From Opitutales bacterium (GTDB taxonomy: Bacteria > Verrucomicrobiota > Verrucomicrobiia > Opitutales > UBA9783), in the NCBI GenBank assembly GCA_046881885.1, contig JBKSMP010000019.1, forward strand, positions 20,119 to 52,118: a stretch of 32,000 nucleotides of DNA, read 5' to 3'. The translations under genes and the position numbers were made by a program. The notes under the pieces were generated by a model. It saw only the letters and a program-made list of their open reading frames with translations. It searched no databases and was not told the DNA's origin. Shown piece after piece: positions 25,763 through 32,000 of the stretch. Within the stretch, counting starts at the first letter, position 1, and each line of letters opens with the position of its first letter.

Positions 25763-28555
25763 TTATAAGTTAGACTTCCAAAATTGCAAGACTTCTGCAC
25801 AACGTTCCGAAACGCTACCAAAACCTTCAACTTCCACCAATTTATCTACCCACCGCCAGGTTCTAGGACAACGTACCCCATCGGCATGCTTGACCACAAT
25901 AGACAACTCTTTGTCTGCACCTGTTGTTAAATGAACGGCAGAAACAATAAAGAATTCTGGCAAAAACGCTTCATAATGTTTCAAAAGATCAGCCCACGAA
26001 TGATTTTCATCAACATGCAACAATACTTGCGCATCTAAAGACTGACCAATCAATTTCTCTTGTCGCGCCTTTTCAAGTTCCGCTTGTACCTGTTCTCGAA
26101 CTTTAAAAAGTTCTTCAAAATCTGACTTTAGGTCTGCATCCTCCCAACGCTCTTGAACCTTCGGAAAATCTTCTAAATGAATCGTATGGGCATAACCAAA
26201 ATCGGAATTACCACACAAATATCCCCAGGCTTCATCTGCTGTAAAGGTAAGAATAGGGGCTATCAAACGCAAAAGCACACGACAAATTTCAAATAAAACG
26301 GTTTGTGAAGAACGTCTTTCAAACCCATCCGCTCGTAAGGTATACAAACGATCTTTTAAAATATCATGATAGCGTGCCGACAAAACAAGCGTACAAAACC
26401 GATTAATGGATTGATAAACTTTATGAAAATCATAGCCCTCATAAGCCTCTGTAACGTCCTTTATTAATGCATTAGTTTCCAATAAAGCCCAACGATCCAA
26501 TGGCATTAATTGATCATAAGCAACAGCATCTTTTTCGGCATCAAAATCGAATAAATTGCCCAATTGGAAACGCAAGGTATTTCGCAAAGTCCGATAGGTC
26601 GCAATCACATGATTTAAAATGTTTTCAGAAACAGGAATATCATTCCGATAATCTTCAGAAGCAACCCATAAGCGCAAAATATCCGCACCATACTTAGACG
26701 TATAAGCATCGGCGGTTTGCGGACTTCCAGCACTCTTCGAAATCTTGCGTCGATTTTCATCCACGAAAAATCCATGCGTTAAGACCGTCTTATACGGTGC
26801 ACGCTCCTTATCCACCAAAGTCGTTAATAAAGAAGATTGGAACCAACCCCGATGCTGATCACTACCTTCTAAATAAAGATCGGCCGGTTCCCATCCTTTC
26901 GCTTCTAAAACAGCTACATGACTGCAACCCGAATCGATCCAAACATCCAAAGTATCCTGACTTTTCCTAAGTTTTTTACCCGCAAAAGCCTCCGGCAAAG
27001 TAACTCCTTCTAACAAGGTTGCCTCATCGGATTCAAACCACCATTGTGTACCACGAGTAGCTATTTTATCGGCTAAAGCTTCAATAACAGAAGCATCCAA
27101 TAACGCATTACCCTCTTCATCAAAAAACGCTGGAAGCGGGATTCCCCAGGTTCGTTGACGACTAATGCACCAATCCGGACGGGCAGCAACCGATCCTGCA
27201 ATACGATTTTTACCCCATCCTGGTAACCATTCCACTTGATCAATTGCACGCTCAGCTTTTTCCTTCAAAGCATCCAAATGAATAAACCATTGTGGTAATG
27301 CACGTGCAATAACCGGAGCTTTTGAGCGCCAACAATGCGGATAAGAATGCGTATAAGGCGCTACATGTACCAAAGCATTCTTTTCCTTTAAAAGCTCTAT
27401 CACAGCCTCATTTGCAGGAGAATCCCCTTTAGGTCTCCAAACAGCCTTACCAACTAACGAATCGGGCATTCCACCTTCTGCCGTAAAAACGCCATTATCA
27501 TCGACAGGACAAGCAATTTCTAACTTATAACGTAAGCCCGTATTATAGTCGTCGATACCATGACCTGGAGCGGTATGAACACAACCTGTTCCTGCATCTA
27601 AGGTTACATAATCCGCCAAAACAATCGGACTTTTCAAATCGATAAACGGATGTTGTGTTAAAGCACCTTCAAGATCTTTTCCTAAAAACGTTTTACCAAC
27701 TTGATAAGACGCTATGGAACAATCTTTTACGAAATTCTCCAACAAACCTTCCGCGACAATATAAGCCTCTTCACCTACTTTCACCTCAACATAGGTCAAA
27801 TTAGGCGCAAGAGCAACGGCACGATTGGCCGGCAAAGTCCACGGCGTTGTTGTCCAAATAATCACAGAAGTCTTTTCTGCTAAGCCTAAAGCGCCTGGAT
27901 TTTCGAGCAAAAACTTTACCCAAACCGTTGTACTGACATGATCCTTATATTCAATTTCAGCCTCTGCCAGTGCCGTTTTGCAAGGAATAGACCAATAAAC
28001 AGGCTTCTTACTACGATACACATATCCGGCTCGTACAAACTTAGCAAAGGTTCTTAAAACATGGGCTTCATACTCCGGATTTTTCGTTTTATAAGCCCCT
28101 TCCCAATCCGCTAAAATACCCAAACGACGAAATTGCTTTTCCTGTTTTTTAATAAAATCTTCAGAAAATTGATCGCAAGTTTTACGTAAAGCAACAGTAT
28201 CGTTCAATAACTCCGGCCGTTCTTTAGAAACCTTGTGCTCAATAGGTAACCCATGACAATCCCAACCGGGAATGTAAGGTGTCGAAAAGCCCTGCATGCT
28301 TTTATAGCGCAAAATAATGTCTTTTAAAATTTTATTAAGCGCCGTACCGATATGAACATCCCCATTCGTAAAGGGTGGTCCATCATGCAGCATAAAACGC
28401 GGCTTATCGGCATTCTTTTGCTGTATTTGCTCATAAAGATGCGTTTCATTCCAATGTTCTAAGCGCTCTGCTTCCCGCTTCACCAATTGCGCTTGCATCG
28501 GAAATTTCGTCTGCGGCAAATTCAATGTATCCTTTAATTTAACTACTTCAACCAT
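25763..28555 (-). CDS. ileS: isoleucyl-tRNA synthetase (bacterial type 1-like)
   Basis: The 930-aa protein shows PPFTNGDVHIGTALNKILKDI (HIGH region), a KISKSAG KMSKS variant, a CP1 editing-domain region, and a C-terminal CPRTW...SERC tail. Confidence 0.95.
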   Translation of the reverse strand: MVEVVKLKDTLNLPQTKFPMQAQLVKREAERLEHWNETHLYEQIQQKNADKPRFMLHDGPPFTNGDVHIGTALNKILKDIILRYKSMQGFSTPYIPGWDCHGLPIEHKVSKERPELLNDTVALRKTCDQFSEDFIKKQEKQFRRLGILADWEGAYKTKNPEYEAHVLRTFAKFVRAGYVYRSKKPVYWSIPCKTALAEAEIEYKDHVSTTVWVKFLLENPGALGLAEKTSVIIWTTTPWTLPANRAVALAPNLTYVEVKVGEEAYIVAEGLLENFVKDCSIASYQVGKTFLGKDLEGALTQHPFIDLKSPIVLADYVTLDAGTGCVHTAPGHGIDDYNTGLRYKLEIACPVDDNGVFTAEGGMPDSLVGKAVWRPKGDSPANEAVIELLKEKNALVHVAPYTHSYPHCWRSKAPVIARALPQWFIHLDALKEKAERAIDQVEWLPGWGKNRIAGSVAARPDWCISRQRTWGIPLPAFFDEEGNALLDASVIEALADKIATRGTQWWFESDEATLLEGVTLPEAFAGKKLRKSQDTLDVWIDSGCSHVAVLEAKGWEPADLYLEGSDQHRGWFQSSLLTTLVDKERAPYKTVLTHGFFVDENRRKISKSAGSPQTADAYTSKYGADILRLWVASEDYRNDIPVSENILNHVIATYRTLRNTLRFQLGNLFDFDAEKDAVAYDQLMPLDRWALLETNALIKDVTEAYEGYDFHKVYQSINRFCTLVLSARYHDILKDRLYTLRADGFERRSSQTVLFEICRVLLRLIAPILTFTADEAWGYLCGNSDFGYAHTIHLEDFPKVQERWEDADLKSDFEELFKVREQVQAELEKARQEKLIGQSLDAQVLLHVDENHSWADLLKHYEAFLPEFFIVSAVHLTTGADKELSIVVKHADGVRCPRTWRWVDKLVEVEGFGSVSERCAEVLQFWKSNL

Positions 28556-28670
28556 CTTTACTTACAATACTAATCTTCCGCAAAGTAAATACATTTTCGC
28601 CATAATAACAAGCTTATTTTTCAGAAAAACGACAGAGCAGGCCTAAAAAGGGAAATAAGCCACCTGTTCT

Positions 28671-29561
28671 TCAAAGCTTAGACACTGTAAGCGGATTTTT
28701 TAACAAAAATTGACGAATGTTTAAATTAACTTCCTCAGTCGCATCTTCCAAAACGTAGTGACCTGCATCTTCAAAACAACAAACTTTGGCTCCCGGAAAA
28801 TAATTGCGCCACATCGACAAAAATTCTGGCGTAAAACAAAAATCTTTCATTCCCCAAGCCAGCAAACACGGTTTTTGCTCCAACAACCACAGACTATCTT
28901 GGATTTGCTTTAAAAACTCATAAGAAGGATGCTCTGGAACCATCGGAATATCTCTTACAAAGGCATCAATAGCGATACGAGATTGCGGAGTTTTATAAGG
29001 ATACAAATAGCCCTGTTTTACTTGCTCCGACAAGCCTTGTGTAGAAGCCATCCAAGTCGCAGCTCGTGCAAACAAATTCAAATGCCGAACGGCCCAAGAA
29101 CCTAACCAAGGCAATCGACACAATTCAATACGAAAAGGTATTTTGTCCGACAAGAAAGCAGCGGAATTCAAAATCGTTAAGGTTTGCACACTTGCCGGCC
29201 AATGCGTTGCAACCCCCATACCAATGGCGCCTCCCCAATCATGAACGACTAAGTGAAAATGACCTATTTTAAGATCTGTTAACCAATCTAAAATGGTATT
29301 CACACGTTGCTGCAAACAATACGGATAATCTTGCGGCTTATCAGAAAGCCCACAACCAATATGATCCGGAACCAAGCACCGATACATTGGTTTTAAAAAC
29401 TGCACCAAATTGCGATAAAAAAACGACCACGTTGGGTTTCCGTGCAACATAACCACCGGTTCACCTTGCCCCTCATCCAAATAATGCATGCGACATTTTT
29501 TACGACCTGGGACATCCCAATAATGCGATTTAAATGGATAAATAGACTTTATAGCTTTCAT
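28671..29561 (-). CDS. alpha/beta hydrolase, haloalkane dehalogenase-like (OleB-like)
   Basis: MHYLDEGQGEPVVMLHGNPTWSFFYRNLV...YRCLVPDHIGCGLSDKP...VVHDWGGAIG (Asp nucleophile context)...AGHYVLED. This matches my recollection of OleB beta-lactone decarboxylases. Confidence 0.75.
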   Translation of the reverse strand: MKAIKSIYPFKSHYWDVPGRKKCRMHYLDEGQGEPVVMLHGNPTWSFFYRNLVQFLKPMYRCLVPDHIGCGLSDKPQDYPYCLQQRVNTILDWLTDLKIGHFHLVVHDWGGAIGMGVATHWPASVQTLTILNSAAFLSDKIPFRIELCRLPWLGSWAVRHLNLFARAATWMASTQGLSEQVKQGYLYPYKTPQSRIAIDAFVRDIPMVPEHPSYEFLKQIQDSLWLLEQKPCLLAWGMKDFCFTPEFLSMWRNYFPGAKVCCFEDAGHYVLEDATEEVNLNIRQFLLKNPLTVSKL

Positions 29562-29571
29562 ACGAACCTTC

Positions 29572-30612
29572 TTATTTTTGCCACAAAACCCCTAACATCA
29601 GCGTACTTAATCCGCTACCAATTCCCAAAAGTAAAACGTCATCACCTGCTTGCAAATGATTCGCTTCATCAGCTAAACACAGAGAAATCGGCAAAGCAAC
29701 CGATCCCGTATTGCCCAAAAAAGGAAAGGTCGAAAAATCTTTTGCCATATCCAAGTTTAAAGCTTCATAAAGCCGCTTTTTATGCTGCAAACCCACTTGG
29801 TGCGTAACAATATGCTTGGGGGTAGCTTCATCCCAATGCATCGTAGCCTTAAACTGCGCCCAACCCTCTTTTGACAAATTAATACCAGCCTCTAACAGCG
29901 CCGTTGCATCCGTCCGCATATCCAAACCACTCGTCACAGCATCGCCTTCACACAGGCAATTTGCGCTAGAATCCGTTTGCACAATGCCCCCCAATAACAG
30001 CGGCTTAGGCTCCGCACCATGTTTACTATGGCGCAACAAAACTGCTACTGCCCCTGAACCTATCGTTAAATTTGCGAAATAAGGTTTCAACGTACGGCGA
30101 TTGATCGAAACATCTTGATTTAATTGCTGAATCGTATGATCCAGTAAGGGTTTTCCATTTTCACCAGAAACAATTAAAACCGATCGCGCAGAACCCGCTT
30201 CAATCATCGAAGCGCCGATAATCATCGCATTTAAAACACCCAAGCAGGCATTCGATACGTCAAAAATCTGAGTCGTTGCAGGCAAATTTAATCCTTGATG
30301 CACATAAGCTGCTGTTGCAGGCTCTAAACGATTACGACACACCGAAGCATGCATCAACACATCCACCTCTTCACGTGGACATTGCGTCTTCTCAAACAGC
30401 GCTTTACCAGCCTTTATTGCCGCTTCAGATGGTAAAAAATCTGCAGCCCAATGCCGTCGTTCTCGAATACCCGTCATCATTTCCAGACGCCCCAAGGGCA
30501 AGGAAAGCCTCGTATATAAAGGAGCTAATTCGGATTCAATACGCGCCGAAGACCACCTATCTTCCGGCAATGCACAAGCCACGGTATCAATGACTACATT
30601 TTTAAACTGCAT
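29572..30612 (-). CDS. FabH-like thiolase-fold condensing enzyme (OleA-like)
   Basis: The active-site context is FDVSNACLG, THQVG (His) and GNTGSVALP (Asn), with a C-terminal LLLGIGSGLSTLMLGVLW. The motif SVCRNRLEPATAA contains a Glu at the position I recall as OleA-specific. Confidence 0.75.
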   Translation of the reverse strand: MQFKNVVIDTVACALPEDRWSSARIESELAPLYTRLSLPLGRLEMMTGIRERRHWAADFLPSEAAIKAGKALFEKTQCPREEVDVLMHASVCRNRLEPATAAYVHQGLNLPATTQIFDVSNACLGVLNAMIIGASMIEAGSARSVLIVSGENGKPLLDHTIQQLNQDVSINRRTLKPYFANLTIGSGAVAVLLRHSKHGAEPKPLLLGGIVQTDSSANCLCEGDAVTSGLDMRTDATALLEAGINLSKEGWAQFKATMHWDEATPKHIVTHQVGLQHKKRLYEALNLDMAKDFSTFPFLGNTGSVALPISLCLADEANHLQAGDDVLLLGIGSGLSTLMLGVLWQK

Positions 30613-30630
30613 GAAACGTTGAAACTAAAC

Positions 30631-30708
30631 TGGTCGGGACGATAGGATTTGAACCTACGACCTCATGCTCCCAAAGCATGCACTCTAGCCAGACTGAGTT
30701 ACGTCCCG
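30631..30708 (-). tRNA. tRNA-Pro (anticodon TGG)
   Basis: The reverse complement is cgggacgtaactcagtctggctagagtgcatgcttTGGgagcatgaggtcgtaggttcaaatcctatcgtcccgaCCA. The acceptor stem is CGGGACG/CGTCCCG. The anticodon stem catgc/gcatg carries the loop ttTGGga. The T arm is gtagg-ttcaaat-cctat, and CCA is encoded. Confidence 0.9.
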
Positions 30709-30793
30709 AATAACATAAACAAGATTAGCCTACCACCCCCATATGTCAATTGTTTTATTGAAAAAAGTAGGATTTTTCGTCAATACCCCATGC

Positions 30794-30825
30794 AAAACCA
30801 AATAAGCCTTCCGGATGGAAGGCTT
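30794..30825 (-). terminator. Rho-independent terminator for the minus-strand gene ending at 30851
   Basis: A perfect 9-bp inverted repeat aagccttcc-ggat-ggaaggctt spans 30804-30825. On the minus strand it is followed by ATTTGGTTTT. It lies about 25 nt downstream of the stop codon. Confidence 0.55.
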
Positions 30826-30850
30826 CTTAAGTATTGAGTTTAACCAACAA

Positions 30851-32000
30851 TTAGCAACCGTAGCCGCAACCATAACCATAATAATATTGTCCGTAAGGAT
30901 TATAACCAGCACAACCGTAGCCATCGCAGCCATAATTACCGCCACAACCATAGGGATCAGCTGCAGGAGCAACATATGGGTTAGCTTCATATTCATCGAA
31001 CTTTTGATCTACAAAATTCATAAGTTCTTCCACCCTTCCCGTTAAGTCCATAACTTTTCTCCATTCCTCATCCGTGAGATAGCTTGGTTTGTTAGCAAAA
31101 TTTACAAAGCCAGATAAGTATTCAAGATTATTGTCTTTGACATATTTGACGTATTCTTTAACCTTTTCGGAAACAATGTCGTTGTTATATTCAAAAAATT
31201 CAAAAATATAGATTTTGCGATCTCCAAGCTGCACGTTACCATTCAAACCGCCAAATGCAATACTTCTTGGTTTTTGTAAAAGATTTAGATCAAACGAAAT
31301 ACTATTATATGTACGTTTTACATTGCCCAAAAACGCTAAAGACGTTGCTTGGGTCATCCAATCTGCGACGCCCAATCTCAAAACGCGTTTATCCTCTGAC
31401 AAAATCTTTAATTCTTCTAGTGATTGTTCTTCGAGTGTTACTGCAAAAAAGGATATATTTTTGTCCTGCCATTTTTGACATGCTTCAACATACTCTCCAT
31501 AGGTACAAATATCGAATTTGTAAATATTTGCTTTATGTTTTTGAGGATCAAAAAAAGTATCGGTTAACAAGCTATTTTTTGCATCATTTACAGCAATAGT
31601 GCATATTTCTTTAAAGACAATTGGCTTATCAAGAGAATCCAACAATCGCCGTTCTCGGAAACTACCATATGTGGAAAATCTAGCTTGAGTTGTATATGCA
31701 TCCGTATAATATTGCTTAATTTTAAAGTCTTTTGTTTCTTTTATGACTTCATTTTGTAGTTCAGTAGCACTTTTATCCCACAAATTTGGTAAACTTTGAT
31801 ACTCAACTATAATCGGATTGTTTTTACGTTCAATAGCTTCACCATTATGCATATTTCTTAATCGAGCAACCCAATCTTCAATCTCTGCTTTAGTTACTGG
31901 ATAGGTGATAATGTATTGATACATCCCTGGCAGTATGTAATCATCTGGACCAAAGATTTGTTGGGTTTGAATTTGGGAGTACAATTTATAATTTTCCGCT
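30851..32000 (-). CDS. hypothetical protein with C-terminal Gly/Tyr/Cys-rich low-complexity tail (5' end probably beyond window)
   Basis: The frame stays open upstream of the track start (a TTG at 31984) to the window end (...AENYKLYSQ...), so the protein is at least 382 aa. It ends ...DPYGCGGNYGCDGYGCAGYNPYGQYYYGYGCGYGC. I recognise no family for the N-terminal domain. Confidence 0.6.
   Translation of the reverse strand, partial: AENYKLYSQIQTQQIFGPDDYILPGMYQYIITYPVTKAEIEDWVARLRNMHNGEAIERKNNPIIVEYQSLPNLWDKSATELQNEVIKETKDFKIKQYYTDAYTTQARFSTYGSFRERRLLDSLDKPIVFKEICTIAVNDAKNSLLTDTFFDPQKHKANIYKFDICTYGEYVEACQKWQDKNISFFAVTLEEQSLEELKILSEDKRVLRLGVADWMTQATSLAFLGNVKRTYNSISFDLNLLQKPRSIAFGGLNGNVQLGDRKIYIFEFFEYNNDIVSEKVKEYVKYVKDNNLEYLSGFVNFANKPSYLTDEEWRKVMDLTGRVEELMNFVDQKFDEYEANPYVAPAADPYGCGGNYGCDGYGCAGYNPYGQYYYGYGCGYGC

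Noticed and set aside
30730-31045. Track ORFs 30730-30996(-) and 30815-31045(+), with M/V/A/I/T-rich repetitive translations
   Set aside because: They are alternative-frame and antisense readings of the GYGC-repeat coding DNA and the terminator region. They are low-complexity artefacts.
30631-32000. tRNA-Pro as the integration site of a genomic island carrying the G/Y/C-tail gene
   Set aside because: The AT-rich gene lies on the 5' side of the tRNA, whereas islands usually integrate at the 3' end. I saw no duplicated tRNA 3' fragment or integrase within the window. This cannot be excluded without the sequence beyond 32000.

Overview
The window looks like a chromosomal segment of a Chlamydiota-like obligate intracellular bacterium, probably an environmental chlamydia. 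Supporting features are an NTT-type ATP/ADP translocase, DapL-type aminotransferase, RNase HIII, sigma-54, a dksA-lspA pair and a small basic protein after tRNA-Thr. This taxonomic call is inference from gene content only. Core genes are gyrB (partial), tRNA-Thr, efp, rnhC, rsmA, rpsU, ntt, dapL, an ABC permease, rpoN, sucCD, lspA, a dksA-like gene, ileS and tRNA-Pro. The main feature is a compact cluster at 5806-15076: about 9.3 kb, 14 co-oriented and translationally coupled ORFs on the minus strand. It encodes a tailed-phage packaging and head module: large terminase, DUF935-type portal, Mu gpI-like protease, decoration-like protein, candidate major capsid protein, and adaptor-like proteins. 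It also carries a 564-aa and a 222-aa unknown protein. I see no integrase, repressor, replication, endolysin, tail tube, sheath or tape-measure gene, and the cluster sits between rpsU and ntt. It is a candidate domesticated or GTA-like particle locus, or a satellite or cryptic remnant. Other items worth a second look: an OleA/OleB-like pair without oleC/oleD nearby; a leaderless-looking secreted protein with 26 Cys and internal repeats; a protein ending in a Gly/Tyr/Cys low-complexity tail; an EF-P with Arg at loop position 32; an orphan promoter-plus-terminator unit between gyrB and tRNA-Thr; and degenerate zinc motifs in the DksA-like protein and IleRS. I recognised no CRISPR array, IS element or rRNA. 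All family assignments rest on motif recognition by eye, not on searches.
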